From Auanema rhodensis (Eukaryota; Animalia; Nematoda): DNA of 64,000 nucleotides. The notes beneath the pieces were generated by a model, which was given only the letters and a program-made list of their open reading frames with translations, searched no databases and was not told the origin of the DNA. Shown here one piece after another: positions 42,838-53,434 of the stretch. The stretch lies in contig OZ059898.1 of assembly GCA_964057225.1 (NCBI GenBank), positions 9,796,001 to 9,860,000 of the forward strand, written 5' to 3'. Made by a program: the position numbers and the translations under genes. The number at the start of each line of letters is the position of its first letter. The first letter of the stretch is position 1.

Positions 42838-45800
42838 TTAATGGTTTTTTCTTGATGGTAGCCAATTTGTATCCGAAAGGTCTTCTGGTTCGTCATAAGA
42901 GTCTTCATCGTTGTTGTTTCCGTTGATAACCTCTATGATTTCAATATCGCTGTCATCGTCTGAGCTGTCTGTACGTGTACTGGGCTTATGTGCGATTCCG
43001 TCATCTGTTTCTCGATTAAATAATTTGAGATTGTCCTTGTGAACGTCTTGAATCTTTCCGAAAAGGTTTTTGATTTGAACCATGTTTCCCTTCACATTTA
43101 TAACTTCAAATGGTCCATCATAAGCTTTCCGAAGCTTTTGTCCTGGCTTGTGCATTTTCACAGCTAACATAACGCAGTCTCCTTCTTGTATATCTCTTTC
43201 GTGAGTGCGTAATCGAGCATCATGTTTCTTTTTTGCTAATTCTTGATGCTTTTCCAAATTTTCTTGAATGATTGTTTTCTGTTTGCTTCGGATTTTCTCA
43301 ATATTTTCAATCTCCTTTGAAATTTCCTTTGGTTCAGTTGTTTCGGGGTATAAATCTTTATCCAATCTCAAACGGCTTTCTTTCCCGAATAGTACAACGT
43401 ATGGTGATATTCCTGTGGTTGCATGCGTTGTGGTGTTCAATGCAAAGGTAATTTTTGGCAAAAACATGTCCCAATCAGTGACATCTTCGTTGAGATAATG
43501 TGTGAGTCCTTCTTCTAACGTTCTATGAAGTCTTTCTACTTGTCCATTGGAATTCTTCTGATGTGGGAGTGTTGATTCATGTTTGATACCGAGTTTTTCG
43601 CACATGTCTTCAAATTTCCTTGATAGGAAGTTGGAACCGCGGTCTGTTATTAAGCGGTTCGGTGGTCCATAGACATATACAAAGTTTCTGAGGAATCTAT
43701 CAATGACAACTTCACTAACAATTGTTGGTATGGCGATAGTTGTAGCCCATTTGGAGAAAGAGTCTTGTATTGTGAGGACATAGCTGTTGTTCCTTTTTGA
43801 TGTTGGGAATGGTCCCATGATATCCATATGTATTCTCTCAAATGGTTTTGATGGTATGTTAAATTGACCCATCGGTTGTACGGTCATAGCATGAGGATCT
43901 TTCTTTCGTTGTGCACATTTGATGCACTGTTTTACGTATTTTGCTATGTCGTTCTGCATGTTAGTCCAGGAAAATCTTCGTAATATGGCTTCTTTTGTTT
44001 TGTTGATTCCTTGATGCGCCCCGATTGTTGGGTCTTCATGAAATTCTTCAATGATTTTGTTAATTATATCACTATCCGATGGCAATATTAACGCTGGATG
44101 AGGTCTTTTGACGCTTGGTTTTGTGTAGAGTAAGTTGTTTATAACACAATAACGATCATTTTGAATCATATTTTTCTTCGTTCTGTATTCAATCTCAGCT
44201 ATTGTTCTCTTGATCCAAGGAGTATTTTGTTGGATTGAGCTGAATTCTGGTAACTTCACAACATTTACTTGTTGTGTCTCAATTTTCTCTTTCGAATTCG
44301 TCTTTTGTTTCTTGTTCGACGTCTTTGGATCGTTAGCTTCATCTCCAATGTATCTAGAGAGTGCGTCACAGACTTTGTTTAATCTGCCTTCTCGATATTT
44401 GATCTCAATATCGTATTCCTGTATGACCAATTGGAACTTTGCTAGTCTTCCAAATAGGTCTCTTCTAGTTAGTAAGCTTGTCAATGGGCGATGATCGGTG
44501 ATGCAAATTGAATGTGATCCAAGTATGTATGTTCGAAACTGTGCTAGAGCGTAAACTAAGCCTAAGGCTTCTATCTCTATGGGAGCATAGTTACGTTCTG
44601 CTTTTACTAATTTCCTACTTGCGAAAGCAATTGAATGTAAGTTCTTGAATGGTTCGTTTGGATCTTCGGGCTGCAGTAATACTGCGCCTATGGCGATGTT
44701 GCTGCCATCACTTTCAATGATGAAAGTTCGGTCTGATCGTGGTGGTTTCAGTACCGGTGCTTCGATTAGTCGTTCCTTTAGCTTATCTAGTGAACGTTGA
44801 CATTCGCTAGTCCAATTGAAGTCTGCGTCTAGCTTAGTAAGGTCATACAGCGGACTTGCTATATGTGCAAAATCTTTAATAAATTTTCTAAAGAATCCGA
44901 CCATTCCTAAGAATGCTCTTACTCCTGTGGGTGTTTGAGGAGCAGGGTAATCGCGGATGGCGGAAACTTTCTGTTGATCGGGCTTAACTCCGTCTCTTCC
45001 GACAATGAGTCCGAGAAATTTCACTTCTGGTCTTGCAAATGAACATTTCTTGAGTTTAATCTTAAATCCTAGTCTTTCTACAGCGAGTAATACTTCTTTG
45101 ATGTCTTCGAGGTGTTGTTCTGCGCTGTCTGATATGACTAGTAAATCGTCCAAATAGACAAATAGTCGGCATTTACATTTACTTTGGAGATATCTCACGG
45201 CTGTTTGAAAGGTATGTGGCGCACCACATAATCCCATAGGCATTCTCCTGTATTGATAAGTCCCACTATTGGTGGTAAAGGATGTGAGTGGTCTATCCTT
45301 CTTCAATAATGGTATTTGGAAAAAGCCAGAAACAAGATCAAAATTAGAAAAGTATTGTGATCCAGCCGCTAAGTCAATGATATCAGAGATGTTAGGAATC
45401 ACATATGTTTGTTTTCTTGTAACGTTATTTAAGGCTCGGAAATCCGTAACGAAACGGAATGTTTCGTCTTTTTTCTTAACGAGAACGACAGGGCTGTTGA
45501 ACAAAGATGTCGATCGTTCTATTATCCCTTGCTCGAGCATTTCTTGGACTTGTCTTTCTACCTCTTCTTGTTTCCCGAGAGGTATACGTGAAATTTGTGG
45601 CTTTGGCATATCCATATCCGTTCGTAGTGGTATCTTGTGTTCTACTGGTCCTTTGAACAATCCTATCTTTTTATCTTCATTGAGGAATGCCTTCTTACGC
45701 TGACGAATGATGTTTCGTAGTTCGTCTTTTTGTCGTTGCGTAAGATCAGCCTCTTTTAGGTCAAGTTCTTTCATGAAATCACCAGGGAAGTGAGGTAATT

Positions 45801-48800
45801 TGCCTTCCCAGTCTGCTTCTGGTGGAATATAGTCGTACTGTTGTTCTGTTGAGAAGATTTCATAGTCCGGTATAGATCCTATTTCGGCTTCTGCAATCAC
45901 AGTGCCGGCCGGTATTTCTATGAATTCTTTAGAATTGTTCCGGAATTGGATATTGATGGAGTTAACATCGCGAAATGCTGTGTCGTATCGAGGTGAGAGA
46001 GGAGTATTGTCGTTTGGTTTAATCATAGCGATTAAGTCTTCTCCGATTGGGTTCTCTAATTGGACTTGGAAATTAAAAACTTGTCGAGGAAGTAGACTCC
46101 GCGGCTCCAAGGTTATCAAATTAACAGTTTTTGATATCCTGTTAATATCCCCGTTAATTCCGCTAGCCAAAGGTACTACATGATTTCCAATTTCCAGTGT
46201 TCTTTTGTATGGTCTTAGTTTCATGCCAATGTTTTGACAGTCAAGTGTTTTCATGAAATCTAATCCAATCAACGCTGGCGATGGACAGTCTTTGTCGTCT
46301 GATATGAAGAATGTATGGTCGATTTCGTAACCGGCTATTTCGACGGTTAAGTCGATAGTACCAATGAATACAAATTCTGATCCGTTCGCTGTTGTTGCTC
46401 TTAATGTATTCTTCTTAACAAAGTCATTCAAAGCTAAGTAGTGTAGTGTCGATATTCTTATGTAACTGACGGACGAACCTGAGTCCCATAAAGTTAGGAT
46501 CAGTCTATCATTAACAGTCATCCATAGAAGTGGTAGTGCTTGATCTTTCTTTTTGGAAATCGAGCAAACTAATGGTAGTGCGATTGGTATGAATGTGAGC
46601 ATTGATGGATAGTATTGTTTCATTATGTGTCTTGGAATCGGTTGATCCGGATGACTAACTAATTCCAAAGTTTCTTCGTATGTTGGTAGATCACTGTCGT
46701 GAACTTTGAGTGCAATATGCATAACTGGTATGCCTACTGGTTTGAAGAAATAGATCTTTACAATGAAACCTATCACAAAGAGTATGATGGTAAATAATGT
46801 AATTGCACCGATCGTTATTAGTGTTCGCTCAATCGTTCCTGCAATTGTATCGATGAATGACTTCCATGTGCTCTTGGTGAATTCTTGAGCTTTCGATATG
46901 TAGTCGCTACTTTTCTTTAGTACACTGAATGTAGCTGATATCTTTGGATCATTGTGAATTGTGTGAAGAACGTGATTCTGACGAATCGATGCTAAACTCG
47001 CACCGTAAGCTATGGCTGTGGTCATTGAGTATACACGAGACGATAAATTAGTGTATAAGTGAGCTCCGGTGAATTTTAATGGTGTTATTTTTTCGTGATG
47101 AAGTCCGTCCCACATTGATACAAGATTGACGTCTGCAGTCCCATTAATTCCTTTCCATTCACCTTCGCTAGACCAGATATCTGTTGGTACGTGATCACAG
47201 CTTATTTCTTTACCATGAGGTAAAAGATCCTTGGATCCGGGTGCTGCAAACAGTAACTGTCCGTCTTGTGTCCAGACTGGGGTTTCGAGATAGCATGTGC
47301 CATTTACGGTGTGATTGTGATAAATGGTTTTCTCTAGCACTGTAGGGCATACATGTATATGCAAAATTTCATTGCCTACAAACCGTGCGGCTATATCTTC
47401 TCTTCCCAGTATTGTTCGCATTGCGATTGTTGGTTCAATTTGTAGAATTGATTTCCATAATTCCAGATACCGATTTTGTATCTCGCAAATCGATTCGTAT
47501 GATTCTTCAAAATGTTTCTGCAATTCCTCTTGGATCATTGTAGTAGCATACTGTAAATGATCTTGGGCTATTTTGTTCGATATATTTTGACGAAACTCTT
47601 GTACCGAGTCAATTTTCGTTGCTATGTATCTCGCATTTGCTTCCACTAAATTTGAGGTTTCTACTGATGGTGTTGAGGAAGCTCGGTTTTTTCGAATCAA
47701 TGTTGGAGAGGCTTCGGTTGTCTCTTGTATTTTTGGAATCTGTGCGTCTTTGTATATGGCATAGCTTCTTGTTGTTGTTGGCGAACGAGCGGTTGATGTT
47801 GTTGTGCGTGCTGTTGTCGCAGCGGTCGTGTGAGGCGCCGTTGTTGATGGCTGTTGCCTCCATGATCGTGCTCTTGTGGTGGTTGTTGCATTTGTGTGAG
47901 GATTGTTCGTTATATGCGGCTGTATTGTGGTAACTGATTGGATTGTTCCCTTCTGTTCGATCAAAGGTTGGACTGGTGTCACAACCGCGCCGCTAGCCGC
48001 GCCGCCTGCAGCGACGCTAGCCGCGCCGCCTGCCGCGACGCTGGATGTCCGCGTTGCGATTTGCCGAAAATTTGTTTCATTTTTCTCTGCCATTAAGATT
48101 TGAAGTTGTTCTTGTGTTATCCTACTCGATGTATAAGGTGTTTTTACATTATTGAGCAGGGGTAAAAATATTTCCAATAATAATTTCTTTGAAAGATTGC
48201 TGGGCTTGATCAGCTTAGGGTGTGGACCGATCGGTATTCCATAATTATTCTTCCTGTCATAAAATAGTTTATCTGTATTTGGCATGAATTGTCGTGATGC
48301 TGGCAATTTTATAAATTTTCTGTCATCAATAAATGCTGCAGTTTTATTCCATCGTACTGTTGTGAGGGTTTTTAGTTCTCTTAGTAAATTGATCGTTGCC
48401 TTAATGAATTCGCTTTTCTTCTCTTCCTCGTCAGTTAGTATACCTTTTCTTATTGGTGGCATTTGTATGAACGTTTGTAGGACTTCTTGTCGTGATGGAA
48501 CTGTCAGTCCTTCTTCAATTATAACTGGTGTATTGGTTAAATTGAGAGCTATGCTTTCAATTCGTTCGCGATATGAACCTTCTTTCTTCCTTATGATTTC
48601 ATCGAATTCGATTACTGTCAAACGATCTGATATTTGTTCGAGAAGCTGTTCAGATGTTAAGTATGATATTGCTGCCTTTGTAGTAATGGCTAATTCTCTT
48701 TGTGCTATATAATATAGCAGAGCTTCTTCTTTATCACTGAAATCGTATTGCTTGAGAAAATGTCGAACAGAATGTTCATTTATTTGAATTCTGAAGAAAA

Positions 48801-51567
48801 ATTCGAATTTTTCTTTATGTGATGTTATCCATGCCTTTAGAGAGTATGTTGGATCTACTAAACGTCTTCCTTTGATTATAGGAATAATTGAAGTAATACC
48901 GGGATTACTCATTAATGGTCTTAGGAAAGTATATGGACAGACGTGAAGCAATACTGTTTCATAATCTTCAACTTCGTTGATCCGATCTTGATCCAGTGGG
49001 AAAGAACATCCTTCGGTGACTGCACGTTTTGGTCTTTTAAACGGCAGCTTTTTGAACTCTCTTTCAATAAGGGTGGTTATATTGTTGTCGTTTGGAAATT
49101 TAGGAAGAATGATATAATTTCCTGATGTCGTATGGAACGCTGGCTGCCTGAAGCAAGAAGAAATAGGTTTCGGAGTTGGTTTGCTCGAAAGAATAAGTGC
49201 CGATTGTGTACTAGGGATTAAAATAGTATCTTGACTAATGATAGCGTCATATGTATGCATATCGATGTAATTACAACGTGAAGCAGTGGTTTGTGGGTCC
49301 CATATTATTATTGATGTACTTGATTCACAATTACCATGATGTGCATTGCATCCTTCCGTGTTTAATATTAAGTTTGACAATATTGTATCGTCAGGCATAC
49401 GGGTCATGACTCCGCGCTCTAATATTAGACGTGACCGCTCCTCGCACGCGTCGCGGTTGAACGCGCGCGCTGGGTCATAGGAGGGCTCCGGAGTTGCTTG
49501 GGTGATACTATCAATGCGTTGCAGTTCTATGTTATTCCACTTGCGATCGCGGATCGCCTGTCTGCATTCGCGCTCTCCTATAGGCTGTATTCTATTTATT
49601 GTTCTGTTCGTATCGCGGAGGAATAGCAGGTCTCGTACGCATAACTTGTGTACTTCCTCTGAACAACGCCACGCATCCCATTCGTGTGCTGTGTGATTTC
49701 TTGTGTACAGATGAATTTCTGTACGTAGCACATGGTTTTTCTCTGTTAATCTGCATTTTCTGATTGTTGGTGGCATAAGTAATGCGCCTCCTGTTGCTCT
49801 TGTACAGATTTGATATGTAGATGCACAGGGCAAGAATATTGCTGCTGTTATTGCCATGATAACTGTGAGCGTCAAAGGCGAAAGGGTGACAGAGTTTATT
49901 CTTGTTGAGCTTCTATCTCTTCCTCTTGAGTTGTCTCTTGGATTTTTGAATTGAACTCTTCTTTGTCCGTTGTTGTTATTGAATCTACCTCGTTGGTTGT
50001 TATGACGAAAATTATAATTTCTTTGATGCCAATCAGAACTCGATTGCCTATTATCTTGTTCGTTATAATTTGTACGGCGATTATTATTAGCGAAAGAACC
50101 GTAACGGTTTCGATTATTATTGAAATTAGAAAAGTTTTTATTTTTTTGATAATTTTGATAATTTTGATTATTTTGATAATTTTGATTATTTCTTATCATT
50201 TGGTTATCGCGTTGATAATTGCGATTAAATGTTTGGCTATCTCGTCTCTCATCATTACGCGCAAAGGGTGCTAGTGCTTTGTTCACAGCGTTGACCAACA
50301 TCGATTGCGTGTCTGTTGTTTGGTTCACTATCGATTCCTCCCAGCGAGCTGCTTCAATCGCTTCTGTGAAGGATTTTGGCTTTGCTCGGATCACAGCTGG
50401 TTTTAGAGAATTTTTAAGTCCTCTGAGGAATGTTGATCTCAGTATTTGATCTTTATGTGGGTCATCAGATGCAAATGCACTCAATGCCATTGTTCTTAAT
50501 GCTTGGGCGTATGCATCAATTGTCAATTCCCCTTGCGTGGTGTTTTGAAGGTTAATAAGTGCAGGGTCTTGGTTATATTCAGGGCAGAGCTTCGATGTTA
50601 GTGCTCTAATCAGATCATTCCACGAACCAGTTGTTTTAAGTTGTTCAGGAACTTGTCTGTAAGTTTCTTCTGCTGCTTCATTTTTGAGAAGCAAAGGAAG
50701 AAGTGCTAACCTTTCAGGGATAACAAGGCCAATGGCATTAGCAAACAAGTTGAATTCACCCGTAAAATCACGGAAGTTACGACTGCCGTCGTAAGTTGGA
50801 CAGTAAGGCGAAAGTAAGGCTTGCGCGATTGTTGTTTTCCCTGCCCCAGGTAGTGAGGAAACAGCTTCCGTCATGATGTTATTCGTACGGGTAGATGGTA
50901 TTTTGATCGTTCTACCTGTTATTGGTGGGGTCTCCAAAATAGGGGTTGTTTGCGTGGATGGAATAGGTCTATTGGGTGCCTTAGGAAGTGAGTCTGTTGT
51001 TGTTAAGATGGGAGTAGAAGTTTGATGAATACTGGTATTTGGTGCAGGTGGTTGAATTGGTGAGATATTAATGTTAGGGACTGATGAATATCTGCTTTTG
51101 CGCTTGGTGTTGAAAGTTTTATCTTTAGGCGAAAGGTTAAAAAGATCAGTAACAATGTTTCTAAGAGAACTAAGCCCACCCGCGCTAGAAGTTTTTGAAA
51201 GTAAAGGGGAATCGGTTGGTTCAGTTAGTGAGAGAGAGAGAGAAGCGTCGCTGATGTTTTGATTTTTCTTATTTTTATTAGAATTAGAGGAGCGTACCTT
51301 TTTAGGAGTGATCGGTGTTTGTTCCTCCACAATGATTGATAGTTCTTCTTCTATAGTAGGTACGTAGTCCGGGTCGCCTAGTTGTTCAGTAGGTGAGACA
51401 GAATCAGTAGTAGGAATAAGGAAATTATCCGGCTTCTTGTCGACTTTCTGCTCCTCTTCTAATATAGCGACGTCTTGAGCTCGAGCTCGACTTCTGGTAA
51501 AGGGAGCTGAGTCTTGGGAATCGAAATGCGTACTTATAGGTACGGCTGAATGGAATCTCTTAGCCAC
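42838..51567 (-). CDS. Gypsy B single polyprotein: Gag - gB-like glycoprotein - PR - RT - RNase H - IN
   Basis: PTYDG...FLRGL; signal peptide ~49890-49820; KRPKR; TM ~46825-46760; LWDSGSS; YLDD; SDGS/TDH/DALSR; HQG..CIKC, DDE, GPF. The start codon is uncertain (frame open from 51630, first ATG at 50874). Confidence 0.95.
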   Translation of the reverse strand: MAKRFHSAVPISTHFDSQDSAPFTRSRARAQDVAILEEEQKVDKKPDNFLIPTTDSVSPTEQLGDPDYVPTIEEELSIIVEEQTPITPKKVRSSNSNKNKKNQNISDASLSLSLTEPTDSPLLSKTSSAGGLSSLRNIVTDLFNLSPKDKTFNTKRKSRYSSVPNINISPIQPPAPNTSIHQTSTPILTTTDSLPKAPNRPIPSTQTTPILETPPITGRTIKIPSTRTNNIMTEAVSSLPGAGKTTIAQALLSPYCPTYDGSRNFRDFTGEFNLFANAIGLVIPERLALLPLLLKNEAAEETYRQVPEQLKTTGSWNDLIRALTSKLCPEYNQDPALINLQNTTQGELTIDAYAQALRTMALSAFASDDPHKDQILRSTFLRGLKNSLKPAVIRAKPKSFTEAIEAARWEESIVNQTTDTQSMLVNAVNKALAPFARNDERRDSQTFNRNYQRDNQMIRNNQNYQNNQNYQNYQKNKNFSNFNNNRNRYGSFANNNRRTNYNEQDNRQSSSDWHQRNYNFRHNNQRGRFNNNNGQRRVQFKNPRDNSRGRDRSSTRINSVTLSPLTLTVIMAITAAIFLPCASTYQICTRATGGALLMPPTIRKCRLTEKNHVLRTEIHLYTRNHTAHEWDAWRCSEEVHKLCVRDLLFLRDTNRTINRIQPIGERECRQAIRDRKWNNIELQRIDSITQATPEPSYDPARAFNRDACEERSRLILERGVMTRMPDDTILSNLILNTEGCNAHHGNCESSTSIIIWDPQTTASRCNYIDMHTYDAIISQDTILIPSTQSALILSSKPTPKPISSCFRQPAFHTTSGNYIILPKFPNDNNITTLIEREFKKLPFKRPKRAVTEGCSFPLDQDRINEVEDYETVLLHVCPYTFLRPLMSNPGITSIIPIIKGRRLVDPTYSLKAWITSHKEKFEFFFRIQINEHSVRHFLKQYDFSDKEEALLYYIAQRELAITTKAAISYLTSEQLLEQISDRLTVIEFDEIIRKKEGSYRERIESIALNLTNTPVIIEEGLTVPSRQEVLQTFIQMPPIRKGILTDEEEKKSEFIKATINLLRELKTLTTVRWNKTAAFIDDRKFIKLPASRQFMPNTDKLFYDRKNNYGIPIGPHPKLIKPSNLSKKLLLEIFLPLLNNVKTPYTSSRITQEQLQILMAEKNETNFRQIATRTSSVAAGGAASVAAGGAASGAVVTPVQPLIEQKGTIQSVTTIQPHITNNPHTNATTTTRARSWRQQPSTTAPHTTAATTARTTTSTARSPTTTRSYAIYKDAQIPKIQETTEASPTLIRKNRASSTPSVETSNLVEANARYIATKIDSVQEFRQNISNKIAQDHLQYATTMIQEELQKHFEESYESICEIQNRYLELWKSILQIEPTIAMRTILGREDIAARFVGNEILHIHVCPTVLEKTIYHNHTVNGTCYLETPVWTQDGQLLFAAPGSKDLLPHGKEISCDHVPTDIWSSEGEWKGINGTADVNLVSMWDGLHHEKITPLKFTGAHLYTNLSSRVYSMTTAIAYGASLASIRQNHVLHTIHNDPKISATFSVLKKSSDYISKAQEFTKSTWKSFIDTIAGTIERTLITIGAITLFTIILFVIGFIVKIYFFKPVGIPVMHIALKVHDSDLPTYEETLELVSHPDQPIPRHIMKQYYPSMLTFIPIALPLVCSISKKKDQALPLLWMTVNDRLILTLWDSGSSVSYIRISTLHYLALNDFVKKNTLRATTANGSEFVFIGTIDLTVEIAGYEIDHTFFISDDKDCPSPALIGLDFMKTLDCQNIGMKLRPYKRTLEIGNHVVPLASGINGDINRISKTVNLITLEPRSLLPRQVFNFQVQLENPIGEDLIAMIKPNDNTPLSPRYDTAFRDVNSINIQFRNNSKEFIEIPAGTVIAEAEIGSIPDYEIFSTEQQYDYIPPEADWEGKLPHFPGDFMKELDLKEADLTQRQKDELRNIIRQRKKAFLNEDKKIGLFKGPVEHKIPLRTDMDMPKPQISRIPLGKQEEVERQVQEMLEQGIIERSTSLFNSPVVLVKKKDETFRFVTDFRALNNVTRKQTYVIPNISDIIDLAAGSQYFSNFDLVSGFFQIPLLKKDRPLTSFTTNSGTYQYRRMPMGLCGAPHTFQTAVRYLQSKCKCRLFVYLDDLLVISDSAEQHLEDIKEVLLAVERLGFKIKLKKCSFARPEVKFLGLIVGRDGVKPDQQKVSAIRDYPAPQTPTGVRAFLGMVGFFRKFIKDFAHIASPLYDLTKLDADFNWTSECQRSLDKLKERLIEAPVLKPPRSDRTFIIESDGSNIAIGAVLLQPEDPNEPFKNLHSIAFASRKLVKAERNYAPIEIEALGLVYALAQFRTYILGSHSICITDHRPLTSLLTRRDLFGRLAKFQLVIQEYDIEIKYREGRLNKVCDALSRYIGDEANDPKTSNKKQKTNSKEKIETQQVNVVKLPEFSSIQQNTPWIKRTIAEIEYRTKKNMIQNDRYCVINNLLYTKPSVKRPHPALILPSDSDIINKIIEEFHEDPTIGAHQGINKTKEAILRRFSWTNMQNDIAKYVKQCIKCAQRKKDPHAMTVQPMGQFNIPSKPFERIHMDIMGPFPTSKRNNSYVLTIQDSFSKWATTIAIPTIVSEVVIDRFLRNFVYVYGPPNRLITDRGSNFLSRKFEDMCEKLGIKHESTLPHQKNSNGQVERLHRTLEEGLTHYLNEDVTDWDMFLPKITFALNTTTHATTGISPYVVLFGKESRLRLDKDLYPETTEPKEISKEIENIEKIRSKQKTIIQENLEKHQELAKKKHDARLRTHERDIQEGDCVMLAVKMHKPGQKLRKAYDGPFEVINVKGNMVQIKNLFGKIQDVHKDNLKLFNRETDDGIAHKPSTRTDSSDDDSDIEIIEVINGNNNDEDSYDEPEDLSDTNWLPSRKNH
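47991..48042. repeat. 24-bp in-frame tandem duplication (SVAAGGAA x2) in the Gypsy B glycoprotein
   Basis: CGCTAGCCGCGCCGCCTGC(A/C)GCGA occurs twice. Confidence 0.85.
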
Positions 51568-53063
51568 CTTGCTAGAACTCTTGGTTTGAAAAAACCTTGA
51601 GTGCTTGGTAACGTGTGGGATGTTGAGACGTTAAAGAATGCGGTGAATAAGGATGAGGATGTAGGCAAAATGAGAAAGGCTTTGGAGAGCGACCGGTGTC
51701 GTATCGACAACTTGTGAGAATGAGGTCGATGCCTTGGCCAATGGCGATGGATCCGCCTTCTACTGTGTGATATCGGGACTCTGGTGCTCTCCGTATTTTC
51801 TCTGTAGTTGAAAATCTGATTCACAAAACATCTGGGGTGACCAAGCTGTTATTTTACAAAACGTTTAGTGTAATTCGTAATATTCGTTCAATTACAGCAC
51901 ATTTTACTGATTTGTATGCAACCATTTTCCTCATGCTGACTAAACTTATGTTTTGTTACACTAGTTTCTCGGCCATGTGGTGTGTCATCTTGCAACAAAA
52001 CTTATGGTGTAATTCGTAACATGCTTTTGATAAAAGAGCAGTTTAACAATAAATGTGCACCAATTTCTCTTTTGTCGCCAAAAATAATTTTTGTTTCTTT
52101 ACAATCTGGTTTTCAAATACATTTGGTGTAGCTCGCATGTTTCGTTGTAACAAAAGTCATGGGATTCGTAATATTAGTTTTACAAAAGAGCGTTTCGCAA
52201 TGATGAATGTAGGTATTTCGTGATCAGAAATCGAATTTTGAAATAAAAGCAGAATTAAATGGCTAAATATTACAAGAACTAGTATTAAAGTTGGAATAAG
52301 GTTCAATGCGTGAGTCTTATGCTTCTGAACAACAATAACGGTATGAGGAAGGTGACATTCAGTAAGGGGAGAAAATCCAAAGCGATATGCTTTAGCCAAC
52401 ACGACCTGTGTTAATCATGATTCAAATTCGAGATAACATTTTTCAACAGGATTTTTCGGACTATAGCGATCTATAAATTAACAATCCTCCCTTTTTGGTG
52501 AGGTTTCCCGTGTAATTTTTTTTCATGCGTACTGATTATAAATTTAGGATGTTAGAAGCAAAATTTGTCTGAACGAAATCGTAACGCAAAATAAAATAGT
52601 CCTGATCGCAAAACAAACTTCATCCACGAAATATAAAGATATAACCGAAGTTATTCTTTCCTTGAAGCCAAAATTAATCCTTAAAAAGGAGAAAGCGTGG
52701 GAAATACGAAATAACAATTACTTTAGGTGAATTTGTTCACTAATTCAGCCTAAAGCCCTCATCAAGCTTCAAGGTTGGGTAACAGAGCATTTCAGATGTT
52801 ATAAGCAAGGATACGAAATTTAAAGGTTCAGACGAAAGAATTTTTGTGAACAAACGGGAAAATAATAATCTCGAAACGTATAATCCTTCTTTAAAAAAAA
52901 AAAGGATTCCTTGCCTCTGTTCCCATTTAACGTTGTTGGCCCCTCCGTATTGTGTTAAGACATAGAGTAGATGGTATGAGAAAAAGAGAGATGAAAGAAA
53001 TTTGAAAATGAATTAACAACACAAACATTAAAGAGAAGGAAAAAAAAATTGTGATAAGTTCGA

Positions 53064-53076
53064 GGTGGAACCTCCA
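53064..53076 (-). promoter_or_regulatory. Gypsy B PBS, complementary to the tRNA-Gln 3' end
   Basis: TGGAGGTTCCACC directly after the 5' LTR end GGAACG; same PBS as element A. Confidence 0.85.
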
Positions 53077-53434
53077 CGTTCCGTTATGCTCCCGCGTCGA
53101 TCTTACAGACCAATGGAGTCTACAAGATGAGCGTGGTAGTATTCCAGATGTAGCGGTTAAACATGGAGCATAAGGATAAACATAAGACTCGAGAAAGATT
53201 GGTTTATTATATCTACGTGATCACAATAAGATACATATAACTAAGTAAAGGTTAAACTAATAGAGAACAGAGAGAGAACGACCAACCATCCATGATCGTC
53301 CCTGAGGCAAAGCTGAAGTGTTGTAATATGGAAAAGGGCGGGTCGTCTTCTCTCAGTCTCGCATTCTCTGACTCTAACCCGCCTGCTACAGCTTCGTCAT
53401 ATGAATGTAATGCATTGATCATCCGAATGGAACG
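53077..53434 (-). repeat. Gypsy B 5' LTR
   Basis: Direct repeat of 41787-42144. Confidence 0.96.

Larger units (their letters stand above)
41787..53434 (-). mobile_element. Ty3/Gypsy element B, full length, 358-bp LTRs with CG...CG termini, 4-bp TSD GGAT
   Basis: LTRs 41787-42144 and 53077-53434 (CGTTCC...GGAACG, one substitution seen). GGAT at 41783-41786 and 53435-53438; PPT AAAAAGGGCA. Confidence 0.97.

Noticed and set aside
43268-51262. Antisense ORFs opposite the long retroelement ORFs
   Set aside because: Expected shadows of long coding frames; no motifs, and most use non-ATG starts.
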